A stretch of DNA of 61,376 nucleotides, filler included. It is 2 parts of 2 records of this genome, joined end to end, with 100 filler letters (N's around TTAATTAATTAA, not from the genome) between each part and the next. Parts side by side here need not be neighbours in the genome. Positions count along the whole stretch, not along the records: positions 1 to 29,804 come from DRR723986_4247; positions 29,905 to 61,376 come from DRR723986_4250. One strand, 5' to 3'. Position numbers and translations under genes: made by a program. This document shows positions 22,237-32,290 of this stretch, piece after piece (position 1 is the first letter of the stretch; every line of letters begins with the position of its first letter). The notes below the pieces were generated by a model. It searched no databases. It was given only the letters and a program-made list of their open reading frames with translations, and was not told where the DNA came from.

Positions 22237-22479
22237 ATGGCACGCGTAGATAACCAGAAAACCAGAAAGTCCGTCCCCTCCAAAAGCGACCTGCATGAAG
22301 CCCGGCCGCTGTTGCAGGCAATCTTTCTGGGCATGCTGCTGGCAACCGCTTTGGTCGCAGCAGCGGCGATGGCAAACCCGGCCAACACGAACGGTGTCCC
22401 GAAGACCGAGCCCGTCGCGCACTCAGCAACCGGCCAGGCACCGGCAAACGCCGGTCGGCCGGCAAGCGCCATGTTCTGA
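22237..22479 (+). CDS. Small single-TM or secreted hypothetical protein
   Basis: Hydrophobic stretch LLQAIFLGMLLATALVAAAA; weak RBS. Confidence 0.45.
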   Translation: MARVDNQKTRKSVPSKSDLHEARPLLQAIFLGMLLATALVAAAAMANPANTNGVPKTEPVAHSATGQAPANAGRPASAMF

Positions 22480-22747
22480 CAGCTTGACATACAACGAGCC
22501 GCCGCGGCGGCTCCGTCCGTTTCAGGAAGTCAAGATCAGCGCCCGGAGCCCGACCTTTCAAAAGCCGAGACCCGGCCTCATGCTTGGCACATGAGTGCCG
22601 GGCCTCAGTGCCCGGTCCGCCCCCGGACAACGTTTCCTGCCCAACGATGGTTCTCTTTGAACCTTCATCCAAGACAGCCCCGCAGTGCATTTGTGCAAGT
22701 GCCAGCTGCCTCACCGCCCTCAGGTGGTCCGCTGGTTGCGTCCGCTG

Positions 22748-22761
22748 TTGATCACGGTCAA
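22748..22761. promoter_or_regulatory. FNR/FixK-type box
   Basis: TTGAT-CACG-GTCAA in an intergenic region. Confidence 0.6.
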
Positions 22762-23089
22762 GGACAGGAATTTGTTCGTTCGCCAAGTAAAGCAAGATCA
22801 CATGTCATCTGCAAGACCGCACGCGGTTCAAGGCTGGCATCGATCGGAAATTAACCAGAGTCACATGGCGCGACCTTGAATACCGGGGATAACCGCAGTC
22901 CAGGCCTTTGCGAGAGCGTTCGGAAACTTCCGGCAAGCCATGTGGAACAAAATCCGCTACGGGGCATTTGCCCTCAAGTGGTAGTATTACGCCGATGCAA
23001 CCGGCGCCAGTGAGGGATTTCACATCATGACCATTGCCAACGGCGAAAAGTGGATCGATAAAGAAACGAAGGGTTTGTCGGAGGCAGCA

Positions 23090-23500
23090 ATGGACATCGA
23101 CCTCACACTTTCAGCAGACACGATCCGCCTGCTCGCCCAGAAAGCGCGGGCAGTTGCATCGTCTCTTCAGGATACGTTCGAGGACGGCCATGAAGGCGAC
23201 GTCGAATTCGACGCCGATGCCCTGGAGCAAAGTCACGGTCACGATGGCCTTGCGGAGGAGGAAAACGACGACCTCTCCGACGAGGAACTGCGGGAGCTGA
23301 TCGAGGATCTCAACGTGGATGAAGCTGCCGAACTGGTGGCCATCTCCTGGATCGGCCGCGGTGACTTCGAGGCTGAAGACTTCCAGCAAGCGGTCGACGA
23401 GGCACGCGAGCGCGCCGTCCGTTCGACAGCAACCTATCTTCTCGGCATGCCGCTCCTGGCCGATCACCTGGAAGCCGGTCTCGACGCGCTTGACCTCTGA
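23090..23500 (+). CDS. DUF3775 domain protein
   Basis: ELVAISWIGRGDF, YLLGMPLLADHLEAGLDAL; acidic; GGAGG RBS. Confidence 0.9.
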   Translation: MDIDLTLSADTIRLLAQKARAVASSLQDTFEDGHEGDVEFDADALEQSHGHDGLAEEENDDLSDEELRELIEDLNVDEAAELVAISWIGRGDFEAEDFQQAVDEARERAVRSTATYLLGMPLLADHLEAGLDALDL

Positions 23501-23697
23501 CAGCCGATACAGCGCTGTTTTCGCCCGGGCTTCAAGACGTTCGGCGGGTCAAGCTGGCTAGGTCATTTTTGCCGGGCCTTCCACATCAGGTCGTTTTCCT
23601 TGGGAAAACCGGTTAGCAATTGATTTACTATCTTTTCGGTGCCGGACATTTGGCCCACTCTTGCCCCACTTCGTGGTGGGACAAGGGAGTTGAGGGC

Positions 23698-23823
23698 ATG
23701 CTGCAAGACCCGGCGAACCAAGACGTGTTTACCGTCCATCGTCCGTCTCCATGGCCATATGTCGGCGCAATGCTCGCTGCGTCGGCCCTGATCACGACAC
23801 TGGTCGTGGCGTTCAGCAGCTAA
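23698..23823 (+). CDS. 41-aa small membrane protein
   Basis: GAGG RBS and ATG; PSPWP followed by a single hydrophobic helix. Confidence 0.5.
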   Translation: MLQDPANQDVFTVHRPSPWPYVGAMLAASALITTLVVAFSS

Positions 23824-23880
23824 TCCATACCGGCACTACCGCTCGAAACCGGTACCGGTCATCGTTCAGAGAGTTCCTTA

Positions 23881-24840
23881 ATGCGTTCAACGCGTCTGGC
23901 CGTGCTTGATCTTGCCCGCGGCCTCGCTGTTGTCGCCATGGCGATCTACCATTTCTCCTGGGACCTTTCCTGGTTTGCCTATGTCGACTGGCCCGTTGCC
24001 CAGGGCACAGGCTGGCGCATATTCGCCGCCTCGATCGCCGGCAGTTTCCTGCTTCTGGCCGGCGTCAGTCTGGATTTCGCCCACCACCTGGGCATCCGTT
24101 GGCAAGCCTTCTGGCGGCGCTTTGCCGTGATCGTCGCAGCCGCTGCCGCCGTGTCGCTGGTCACCTATTTCACTTTCGGCGATACCTTTGTCCGCTTCGG
24201 CATTCTCCATTCCATTGCCTTGTCCAGCGTGATCGCCCTTCCCTTCACGCGCCTTCCGTTCGTCTTTGCCGGGCTTGCTGCGGCGTTCGTTTTCACTTTG
24301 CCTTTCTGGGCAGCTTCGTCCGCCCTCGACGGCCAGCTCTGGCTGTGGACAGGGCTCGGCACACCGGATTTTGCCAGTGTGGATTATGTGCCGCTGGCGC
24401 CCTGGGCCGGAGTGACGCTGGCGGGCGTCGCCATCTCGAAGATTTTCCGAAAGATCAATCTGTGGCAAACGCTGTCCAGGTTGACATTCGCCAACCGTCC
24501 CGGCCGGCTGACGCGGTTCTTCGGCCGCCATTCCCTGCCAGTCTATCTGCTGCATCAGCCCTTGCTGTTCGGCCTTGTGTGGACGGCAACGCAGATCGGC
24601 CCGGAGATGGACCGCTCCGCCAATGCCTTCGTGCGCAATTGCACGGTTTCCTGCCAGGGTACGACCGCCACAACAGAAATCTGCGAAGCCGCTTGCGGCT
24701 GTACGCTTGAATATCTGAAATCGGATGGCATCTGGGACCAGCTTCTGGCCGAGCCCGAAAACCAGTCTCTGCGCAACCGGATGTCGAACAGATACAGCCA
24801 GTGCCTGGCTGATCCAAAGTGGCCGGATCCGCTCAACTGA
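23881..24840 (+). CDS. DUF1624 (HGSNAT-like) membrane protein with a Cys-rich C-terminal extension
   Basis: RLAVLDLARGLAVVAMAIYHFSWDL, FGILHSI, DYVPLAPW, GRHSLPVYLLHQP. Confidence 0.88.
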   Translation: MRSTRLAVLDLARGLAVVAMAIYHFSWDLSWFAYVDWPVAQGTGWRIFAASIAGSFLLLAGVSLDFAHHLGIRWQAFWRRFAVIVAAAAAVSLVTYFTFGDTFVRFGILHSIALSSVIALPFTRLPFVFAGLAAAFVFTLPFWAASSALDGQLWLWTGLGTPDFASVDYVPLAPWAGVTLAGVAISKIFRKINLWQTLSRLTFANRPGRLTRFFGRHSLPVYLLHQPLLFGLVWTATQIGPEMDRSANAFVRNCTVSCQGTTATTEICEAACGCTLEYLKSDGIWDQLLAEPENQSLRNRMSNRYSQCLADPKWPDPLN

Positions 24841-24877
24841 TCCCGGCTTTCAAGCCTTCGGTGCTGTTTCCGGGCGC

Positions 24878-25798
24878 TCAGGAAAGACGGGCCAGTTGCC
24901 GGAGCGCCCGGCCTCGCCGCTGCCGTGCAAAGGGAAGAAACAGGTCCTCATCTCGCCCCGCCGCAACCTGCTCCAGCGCCCAGAGGGCCGACACGGCGTC
25001 GCATTTGGCTTTTATAACACCAAGACGATCGGCCTCGGGCACCGCAGCGCCAGTTGCTGCATAGGCTTTCAGGAACACCTTTTCCTCATCCGCACTCATC
25101 TCGTGCTCCAGAACGGCGTAGGCAAGATCCCAGGCGGGATCCGACATGCCTGAGAATTCCCAGTCAATCAGCCAGAGCTGGTCGCATGACATGAGGCAGT
25201 TGCCGGGGGATGGATCGCCATGGCTCGGAACAAGCGCCGGGCCCGCACCATCAGCGGTGCCGGCACCGATCGGCTGCAACACTATTTCCAGCCCGGTCAT
25301 TTCCTCCCGGCACCGAACTGCGTCCCGAAGACCTTGCCACTGCGCCTGAAGCACGCTGTCCGGATCGAGCAGCCCTTCGAAGGTCACACCGGACCCGTGC
25401 AATTGCCCCAATGCCTCGCCGAGTGCACGGGCCAGGCTGTACGACGGCTGCTCCGAAAGACCGGCAGGGCTGCCGCTGACCTCGACGGCGCGGGTCACCA
25501 GAATGCCGGCCTCCGCATCACAAAATACCGGTGGCACGGCAATTCCAGTCGCAGCGGCGAGCATCAGGTTTCTTGCCTCTGCTTTCCTGTCGATGTTGCC
25601 TGCCGCTTCCAGACGGGGAAGCCGCAGGAAGAACGTGCCCTTCTCAGCCTCCAGCCTGAACACACGGTTTGTCAGCCCAGGCTGGGGCCGGGCTGCCAGG
25701 GGAGCGCCACAAACACGATGCAGCGCCTGATGCCGTTCATAGGCCTCCAGGATGTCCGGCAAAATGGTGTCTGGCGCGTCAGAGGAAAGCTGTGGCAC
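24878..25798 (-). CDS. Choline kinase/APH-like phosphotransferase; start uncertain
   Basis: GLTNRVFRL, HGDPSPGN, LIDWEFSG..DPAWDLA. Confidence 0.85.
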   Translation of the reverse strand: MPQLSSDAPDTILPDILEAYERHQALHRVCGAPLAARPQPGLTNRVFRLEAEKGTFFLRLPRLEAAGNIDRKAEARNLMLAAATGIAVPPVFCDAEAGILVTRAVEVSGSPAGLSEQPSYSLARALGEALGQLHGSGVTFEGLLDPDSVLQAQWQGLRDAVRCREEMTGLEIVLQPIGAGTADGAGPALVPSHGDPSPGNCLMSCDQLWLIDWEFSGMSDPAWDLAYAVLEHEMSADEEKVFLKAYAATGAAVPEADRLGVIKAKCDAVSALWALEQVAAGRDEDLFLPFARQRRGRALRQLARLS

Positions 25799-25841
25799 AA
25801 GCAGGAACAATCGAGCGAAACAGAGGAGCTGGCCGGACGCC

Positions 25842-26141
25842 ATGACGAACGTCCCATCGCCCCATATCATCATCACCTACTGCCGCCAATGCAATTGGCT
25901 GTTGCGCTCCGCATGGATGGCGCAGGAAATCCTGTCCACCTTCTCGGAAGAAGCCGGTGCTGTCACCCTTGTTCCGGGCACCGGAGGCATTTTCACAATC
26001 GTCTGCGACGGTCAACTTGTCTGGGACCGCAAGACAGATGGTGGCTTTCCGGAGGCCAAGGTACTGAAACAGCGGCTTCGTGACCTGCTTTGGCCGGAGA
26101 AGGACCTCGGCCACAGTGACCGCCAGGACAGGAAAGACTAG
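25842..26141 (+). CDS. SelT/SelW/SelH (Rdx) family protein, Cys form
   Basis: ITYCRQCNWLLRSAWMAQE, PGTGGIF, GGFPEAK. Confidence 0.92.
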   Translation: MTNVPSPHIIITYCRQCNWLLRSAWMAQEILSTFSEEAGAVTLVPGTGGIFTIVCDGQLVWDRKTDGGFPEAKVLKQRLRDLLWPEKDLGHSDRQDRKD

Positions 26142-26256
26142 GCCGGACGCGCTCAAGTGAATTGACTTCTTGAAGTCGCGAATATGTATACTGTGGCATC
26201 CGAAGCGCAGCTTTCGGCAAGAAACTTCCAGACAGGACGCATGAACCGGAGCCTTC

Positions 26257-26994
26257 ATGCACATAAGGTTATCGCTGTTATTTTTGGCACTACTATCGCT
26301 TGCCGGAGCAAGCACCAGTTCTGCAGTGGAAACCAGCGAACCTGAAATCGTCATCTATAACGAGGACTACAAACCGCTCTATTTCCCTGGTGAAGACGGG
26401 AAAATCTCGGGAACTGTCACCCAACTTGTACAAGATCTCGCCGATGACGCCGGCATAACGGTCGAGATGCACATGCGGCCGTTCAAACGCGGGTTGAATG
26501 CGGTGGAGAGCAACGCCAACCATTGTTTCATGGCCCTGTGGCGCACTCAGGAACGCGAACCGAACTTCACCTGGGTCGGACCATTGGAAATCGACGGATA
26601 CGGCCTTTTTGCCTTGAAGGGCAGTTCCATAGAACTTTCGACAGTCGAAGACAGTTTCGGCTATTCGACAGGAGCCGTCGGCGGCTGGACCAGCACCAAT
26701 GAACTTCAGGACGCCGGCCATCCCCATCTTGTGCTGGTGGACGAAGATGGGCTCAATGCGAACATGCTGCGGTCAGGTCACACCAAGCTCTGGCTGGGTG
26801 GCCTGATTTCGGCTCCCTATGTCGCGGAACAGGAAGGGGTGGAGATCGAGAAACTGCTGACCCTGCAGACCGTCGAACTTGCTTTGGCCTGCAACTCACA
26901 TATCGATCAGTCCGTCACCGATTGCCTGCAGTCAGCTTTGAACGCACGTCTTCAGAAAACGCCACAAAACAACCCCAAGCGATTGACGCAATAG
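26257..26994 (+). CDS. Periplasmic substrate-binding protein (family 3-like), orphan
   Basis: Signal peptide; EDYKPL, PFKRG, RTQERE..FTWVGP. Confidence 0.78.
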   Translation: MHIRLSLLFLALLSLAGASTSSAVETSEPEIVIYNEDYKPLYFPGEDGKISGTVTQLVQDLADDAGITVEMHMRPFKRGLNAVESNANHCFMALWRTQEREPNFTWVGPLEIDGYGLFALKGSSIELSTVEDSFGYSTGAVGGWTSTNELQDAGHPHLVLVDEDGLNANMLRSGHTKLWLGGLISAPYVAEQEGVEIEKLLTLQTVELALACNSHIDQSVTDCLQSALNARLQKTPQNNPKRLTQ

Positions 26995-27181
26995 ACAATT
27001 TATCTCTGCTGCAGAGCAACCACCTCGAAAAGTTGCAAAACTTCAGAAAACTACTTTCCAAAGTCTTACCTGCACAACAAGCACACAAAAGACCGCCCAT
27101 AATTAATGCAAGTCTCTTTTGGGTCTTCTTAAAACTTTCAATTCAAAATGCTTTCGGCAAGACAACGTCCGGAGCTCAAGA

Positions 27182-29704
27182 ATGAAGTTCGTGAACCTTC
27201 CTTTCAGGAAGACTGCAACCGAGCCCTCAGCAACAAGGCATGAGCGGGCCGGACAACCGGCACGGCAGCGCCCCTTTTTCGACTGGCCAATCAAGACCCA
27301 GCTGCAGATCGGCTTCGGCGCCATGCTATTGTGCGCCATCGGGGTCGGTGCGGGGGGCTTGTTCGCAAGCTCTGAGGTCAAGAACTCGGTTACGGTGGCG
27401 AAGACCGCCAACGAACTTCTGGGAAGCGTCCCCCGGTTGTTGTCCCACGCCCAGACATTCAGTCGCGATGGCAGCAGCCAGACGGCGGAAGCGGTTGCTG
27501 CTGACATTGGCTTGATTTCGCAGGAAAGTCTCGCCCTGTCTGAAAGCCAACCCCAGACGGCAACGCAGTTCGCGAGCATCGTCGGCGACCTGGAGACCGG
27601 CTTTGCGACGCTGCGCGACACACGGCAAAGCCGTGACACAGCGGCTGCGAACCTCGACACCCTCACCTCCGAACTGGTTGCTACAACCAACAAGGCCTTC
27701 GAGGATTACAAGGCCCTTGCCGCCTACAGATCCGCCCTTGCCATCACCAACGAAGGCAAGATGACCAACCTGTCCAACGTCAGCCCCCGGCTCAGCAACA
27801 TGCGCATCACCACTGTGGTGCTGGCGCAGGAAGCCGAAACCTTTGCGGCAACACCAGACAAAACCCTTGCAAAGAAACTGGCGGACCGGGTGGATGCCCT
27901 CGACAAGGACGCGAAGGCGGTTCGCCGCACGGTGAAGACAGACACGATCAAGGACAGCGTCAAGGACCTCACCAAAAGCTCCAAGTCCTTTGAGAAGCTT
28001 CTGAAAGCGCACCTGAAGTCCCCGGAAGAGGGCGCCTGGAAAAACAAACTGGAACCGGCCATCCTTGAACTGATCACCCTTGCCGACACGATCATCAAGG
28101 CCGCCGAAGCACCGATTGACGACCTGACGAAGGAACTGCGGGACTTCGACAAGGCGAGCGCCGATATCGCGCTTCTGTCGAACTACACCCAGAGTGTGGC
28201 GCGTAGCGTGCTCGGCATCCGCAGCGCCTATTCAGACTATCTGAACACATCCTCGCAAAACGCCGCCGATACATTCCAGCTCTATCTGGGCGATGCCCGC
28301 ACGGAACTGGGCAATCTGGACACGGTGCGAACCTCAGCCGGCAAGAACACGTCTGACAAGGCTCTGAATGATCTTCTCAATGGTCCACTTAAGGCGCTTG
28401 TTACCGCCGGTGGCGATGCCTTGCCGAAACTGGAAGCCACCTTTGCCGAAGTCGTCACTTCGACAGCGGCACTGCGCGCAAGCGAACAATCCTTTGCCGC
28501 CGCCGCCTCCTCGCTGACGGAACAGGCAGAAATCATCAGCGCCAATTCCGGTGCGACCGCGCTTGCAAGCGCCGTCGGCGCTCAAACGCAGATCACCATT
28601 ACGCTTGCCCTGGCACTGCTTCTGGGCATCGCCTTCGTCGTATTGCTGTCCACTGCCATCATCCGCCCGATCCGGGGCCTGACCGGTGCGATGCTCAAAC
28701 TGAGGGACGGCGACACGGCTCTCGATCTTCCGGCTGCAAACCGCAAGGATGAAATCGGTCACATGGCTCAGGCCGTCGCAACCTTCCGTGACCGGGAAAT
28801 CGAGCGGATGCGGCTGGAGGAAGAAACCCTTGCAAGCCAGGAAGGTGTCCGCCAGCGCCAGGCCACCGTCGATGCGCTTGTGGCCTCGTTCCGTCAGGAT
28901 ATCGAGCAGGCACTCGCCACGGTGACCGGCAACATGCATCAGCTCGACAACACGGCCGAGCAGCTTTCCGAGATTGCCCGCACGACGACGGGCAAGTCCG
29001 AAGACGTCAGCACCGCCTCCAGCCAGGCCAGCCAGAACGTCCAGACCATCGCTGCCGCCACGGAGGAACTCAGCGCCTCCGTTCAGGAGGTCGGTCGGCA
29101 GGTCTACGACACCCTCGTGCGCGTTGAGGAAGTTGCAGGGGCCACCCGCACTTCCAACGACCAGATCAAGGGCCTGTCGGCGGCTGCCGAACGCATCGGT
29201 GCCGTTGTCCAGCTCATCCAGGAAATTGCCGAGCAGACCAACTTGCTGGCGCTCAATGCGACCATTGAAGCCGCACGCGCCGGCGAAGCCGGGCGGGGGT
29301 TTGCCGTGGTTGCCTCGGAAGTCAAGTCACTCGCCGGTCAGACGGCCAAGGCAACAGAGGAAATTTCCAGCCAGGTCTCCGAAATCCAGCAGGCCACCAA
29401 CGGCGCCGTGGACGCGATCAGCGCGATCATGGAAATGATGGAGTCCGTCAACGAGACCGCAGCCGCCATGGCAAGCTCCGTCGAACAGCAGGCCGGGGCC
29501 ACCGCGGAAATCTCCACCGGCGTCTCCCAGGCTGCAGGCCAGACCGCAAGCGTATCGGAAAATATCGGCGATCTCTCCCGAGGCTCCAGCGAAACCAGTC
29601 TGTCGGCCCGTGAAGTGGAAGAGATTACCGGTGCAGCCACCCGGCAACTTGCCGAAGTCACCACACGGATCGACCGGTTCCTGCAGGACGTCGCCGCAGC
29701 CTAA
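27182..29704 (+). CDS. Methyl-accepting chemotaxis protein with a large periplasmic helical domain and HAMP
   Basis: Two TMs; [47 protein letters not shown]. Confidence 0.95.
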   Translation: MKFVNLPFRKTATEPSATRHERAGQPARQRPFFDWPIKTQLQIGFGAMLLCAIGVGAGGLFASSEVKNSVTVAKTANELLGSVPRLLSHAQTFSRDGSSQTAEAVAADIGLISQESLALSESQPQTATQFASIVGDLETGFATLRDTRQSRDTAAANLDTLTSELVATTNKAFEDYKALAAYRSALAITNEGKMTNLSNVSPRLSNMRITTVVLAQEAETFAATPDKTLAKKLADRVDALDKDAKAVRRTVKTDTIKDSVKDLTKSSKSFEKLLKAHLKSPEEGAWKNKLEPAILELITLADTIIKAAEAPIDDLTKELRDFDKASADIALLSNYTQSVARSVLGIRSAYSDYLNTSSQNAADTFQLYLGDARTELGNLDTVRTSAGKNTSDKALNDLLNGPLKALVTAGGDALPKLEATFAEVVTSTAALRASEQSFAAAASSLTEQAEIISANSGATALASAVGAQTQITITLALALLLGIAFVVLLSTAIIRPIRGLTGAMLKLRDGDTALDLPAANRKDEIGHMAQAVATFRDREIERMRLEEETLASQEGVRQRQATVDALVASFRQDIEQALATVTGNMHQLDNTAEQLSEIARTTTGKSEDVSTASSQASQNVQTIAAATEELSASVQEVGRQVYDTLVRVEEVAGATRTSNDQIKGLSAAAERIGAVVQLIQEIAEQTNLLALNATIEAARAGEAGRGFAVVASEVKSLAGQTAKATEEISSQVSEIQQATNGAVDAISAIMEMMESVNETAAAMASSVEQQAGATAEISTGVSQAAGQTASVSENIGDLSRGSSETSLSAREVEEITGAATRQLAEVTTRIDRFLQDVAAA

Positions 29705-29723
29705 GTTGGGGATTCTGCAGATG

Positions 29724-29750
29724 TTGGATACCGGCGTCACCGGTATCCAA
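29724..29750. terminator. Hairpin after the MCP gene
   Basis: TTGGATACCGG-CGTCA-CCGGTATCCAA; no clear U-tract. Confidence 0.45.
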
Positions 29751-29774
29751 TCGCCTTGCACCTGACTGTCTTTA

Positions 29775-29804
29775 GTCATCCCGGACGCAGCGCAGCGAAG
29801 ATCC
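29775..29804. repeat. Truncated REP-like palindromic element (GTCATCCCGG type)
   Basis: GTCATCCCGGACGCAGCGCAGCGAAGATCC runs into the gap; resembles intergenic repeats common in Hyphomicrobiales. Confidence 0.6.
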
Positions 29805-29904
29805 NNNNNNNNNNNNNNNNNNNNNNNNNNNNNNNNNNNNNNNNNNNNTTAATTAATTAANNNNNNNNNNNNNNNNNNNNNNNNNNNNNNNNNNNNNNNN
29901 NNNN
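29805..29904. other. Assembly gap / artificial spacer
   Basis: 44 N + TTAATTAATTAA (stops in all six frames) + 44 N. Confidence 0.98.
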
Positions 29905-29997
29905 AGCGCGCAGCGCTGTCTCGAAGGATGGGCGACAAACTCTGGAGCAAGGGGCCCATCCTTCGAGACGCCGCAAGGGCGGCTCCTCAGGATGAGG
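29905..29997. repeat. REP-like palindromic element (CCTCATCCTGAGGAG/TCTCGAAGGATG type)
   Basis: Perfect 16-bp inverted repeat GTCTCGAAGGATGGGC (29918-29933) / GCCCATCCTTCGAGAC (29954-29969), ending CTCCTCAGGATGAGG. Confidence 0.75.
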
Positions 29998-30058
29998 AGA
30001 TGGGGAGGAAAGGCGTCGTGGTGGTCGCTCCTGATTGAAAGCTGAAGAAAGTCCATCC

Positions 30059-31297
30059 TCAAAGCTTCCCGTTGGAATATTTCCGCAGCTCCGTGCGCGC
30101 AACCTGGCGACGGTGGACGGCGTCGGGACCATCGGCAAAGCGCAGGGTGCGCAGGTGGGTCCACATGGCCGCCAATGGAAAGTCCTGGCTGATGCCGGCG
30201 GCGCCATGCACCTGCATGGCCTCGTCGACCACCTTCAGGGCGGTGAGGGGCGCCACCACCTTGATCTGGCTGATCCACGGCTGCGCGGCACGGGTGCCCT
30301 GTGTGTCCATCACCCAGGCTGCCTTGAGGCAGAGCAGACGGGCCATTTCAATTTCCATGCGCGCATTGGCGATGATGTCGTAATTGGCGCCAAGATCCAT
30401 CAGCTTCTTGCCAAAGGCCTCCCGGCCCATGGCTCGCTTGCACAGAAGTTCCAGCGCCTTTTCCGCCTGGCCGATGGCCCGCATGCAGTGGTGAATGCGG
30501 CCCGGACCGAGGCGTCCTTGTGCAACCTCGAAACCCCGACCTTCACCCAGCACGAGGTCTTCCTGCGGCACCCGCACATTGGTGAAACGGATGTGCATGT
30601 GGCCGTGTGGCGCATCGTCGGCGCCGAAGACATGCATCGGCCGCAGCACTTCGATGCCCTCGGCATCCGCCGGCATCAGGAACATGGAATGGCGGCTGTG
30701 CTTGTGGGCGGCCGGATCGGTTGCGGCCATGACTATGTAGAGCGCGCAGCGCGGATCGCCCGCACCCGTTGCCCACCACTTGTCGCCATTCAGCACCCAG
30801 GCATCGCCATCGCGCACAGCCGTCAGCGCGATGTTGGTGGCATCCGAGGAGGCAACATCGGGCTCCGTCATCAGATAGGCCGAGCGGATATCGCCCCGAA
30901 GCAGAGGCTTCAGCCACTTTTCCTTGTGAGCCTCGGTGCCGTAGCGCTCCAACACTTCCATATTGCCGGTGTCGGGGGCATTGCAGTTGAAGACTTCCGC
31001 GGCAATGCCGACCTTGCCCATTTCCTCGGCCAGATAGGCGTATTCCACGGTTGTGAGGCCGAAGCCTTTTTCGCTGTCCGTCAGCCAGAAATTCCAGAGC
31101 CCGCGTTCCTTGGCCGTGGCCTTGAGGCTGTTCAGAATTTCAAGCTGGCGATCCGTCATCCGGAACCGATCACCGGACGGGTGACGCCCGACTTCCTCGT
31201 GATATTCCCGGTCGAGAGGGGCGATTTCGGTTTCCACCATCTGGCGCACCTGCTCGATCAGCGGCCGCACCCGTTCGGTCATTCCAAGATCCATCAC
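30059..31297 (-). CDS. Acyl-CoA dehydrogenase (ACAD10/11-like)
   Basis: NCNAPDTGNMEVL, MTEPDVASSDATN, QGRLGPGRIHHCMR, LRFADGPDAVH. Confidence 0.93.
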   Translation of the reverse strand: MMDLGMTERVRPLIEQVRQMVETEIAPLDREYHEEVGRHPSGDRFRMTDRQLEILNSLKATAKERGLWNFWLTDSEKGFGLTTVEYAYLAEEMGKVGIAAEVFNCNAPDTGNMEVLERYGTEAHKEKWLKPLLRGDIRSAYLMTEPDVASSDATNIALTAVRDGDAWVLNGDKWWATGAGDPRCALYIVMAATDPAAHKHSRHSMFLMPADAEGIEVLRPMHVFGADDAPHGHMHIRFTNVRVPQEDLVLGEGRGFEVAQGRLGPGRIHHCMRAIGQAEKALELLCKRAMGREAFGKKLMDLGANYDIIANARMEIEMARLLCLKAAWVMDTQGTRAAQPWISQIKVVAPLTALKVVDEAMQVHGAAGISQDFPLAAMWTHLRTLRFADGPDAVHRRQVARTELRKYSNGKL

Positions 31298-31303
31298 TTC
31301 CCC

Positions 31304-32290
31304 CTAACAGATATCGGCGCGCAGCCGCTCAATGGCGGCGCGGTATTCGGTTTCCAGGCGCTCGACCACGGCGGCTGCCGGCCCGACGGACTTGATCGCG
31401 CCGATGCCCTGACCAGCGCCCCAGATTTCCCGCCAGGCCTTCGGCTTTGGACTGTCGTCCGGCATGACGCTGACATCCCACTCGTCCGGCAAATGATCGG
31501 GATCAAGACCGACCTTGCGAATGGAACCTTTCAGGTAGTTTGCCGGATGTCCGGTAAAGAGCGAGGACGTCAGCACGTCCTCGGCCCCGCCTGCGACCAT
31601 CATGTCCTTGTAGGTCCGGTCCGCGTTGGCTTCCTCCGTCGCAACGAAAGGCGAGCCGACATAGCCAAGATCGGCGCCCAGAACGCGGGCCGCCAGCAGC
31701 GCTTCGCCGGTGGAGATGGCCCCGCCCAGAAGCAGCGGACCGTCGAACCATTCCCGGATCTCGCGCACCAGCGCGAAAGGCGACTGCGGGCCACCGTGAC
31801 CACCTGCCCCTGCCGCCACCGCAATCAGCCCGTCAGCGCCTTTTTCGACGGCCTTTTTTGCGTAGGTGTTGTTGATGACATCATGCAGGGCGATACCGCC
31901 GCAGGAATGAGCAGCCTCGTTCACCTCGACACGCGCGCCCATGGACGTGATCCAGACTGGCACCCTCCATCGTGTGCAGATCTCGACATCCCGCTCCAAC
32001 CGCTCGTTGGACCGGTGGACGATCTGGTTGACCGCGAAAGGCGCGGCAGGTCGATCCGGATTTTCCTGGTTGTGCCGGTCCAGCGCTTCGGTGATCTCCT
32101 TCAGCCAGGCTTCCAGAACAACCGGACCGCCAGGCTCGTCCCTTGCGTTGAGGGCCGGAAAACTGCCGACAATCCCGGCCTTGCACTGGGCGATCACCAG
32201 CTTCGGACAGGAGACGATGAAGAGTGGTGCCGCGACAGCCGGAAGCCTCAAGCCCTGCAGAGCCTTGGGAAGGGATCCTGCCTTCAACAT
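31304..32290 (-). CDS. Nitronate monooxygenase / FabK-like flavoprotein
   Basis: PFAVNQIVHRSN, AAGAGGHGG, WGAGQG. Confidence 0.88.
   Translation of the reverse strand: MLKAGSLPKALQGLRLPAVAAPLFIVSCPKLVIAQCKAGIVGSFPALNARDEPGGPVVLEAWLKEITEALDRHNQENPDRPAAPFAVNQIVHRSNERLERDVEICTRWRVPVWITSMGARVEVNEAAHSCGGIALHDVINNTYAKKAVEKGADGLIAVAAGAGGHGGPQSPFALVREIREWFDGPLLLGGAISTGEALLAARVLGADLGYVGSPFVATEEANADRTYKDMMVAGGAEDVLTSSLFTGHPANYLKGSIRKVGLDPDHLPDEWDVSVMPDDSPKPKAWREIWGAGQGIGAIKSVGPAAAVVERLETEYRAAIERLRADIC

Noticed and set aside
22232-22801. 189-aa minus-strand ORF
   Set aside because: No RBS or motif; runs through a terminator-like hairpin and overlaps a plus-strand ORF.
25842-26141. Possible selenoprotein (SelW-like)
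   Set aside because: The motif is CRQC with ordinary Cys codons; no in-frame TGA.
29849-29860. TTAATTAATTAA as a biological motif (e.g. CtrA-like site)
   Set aside because: Artificial six-frame stop linker inside the N gap.
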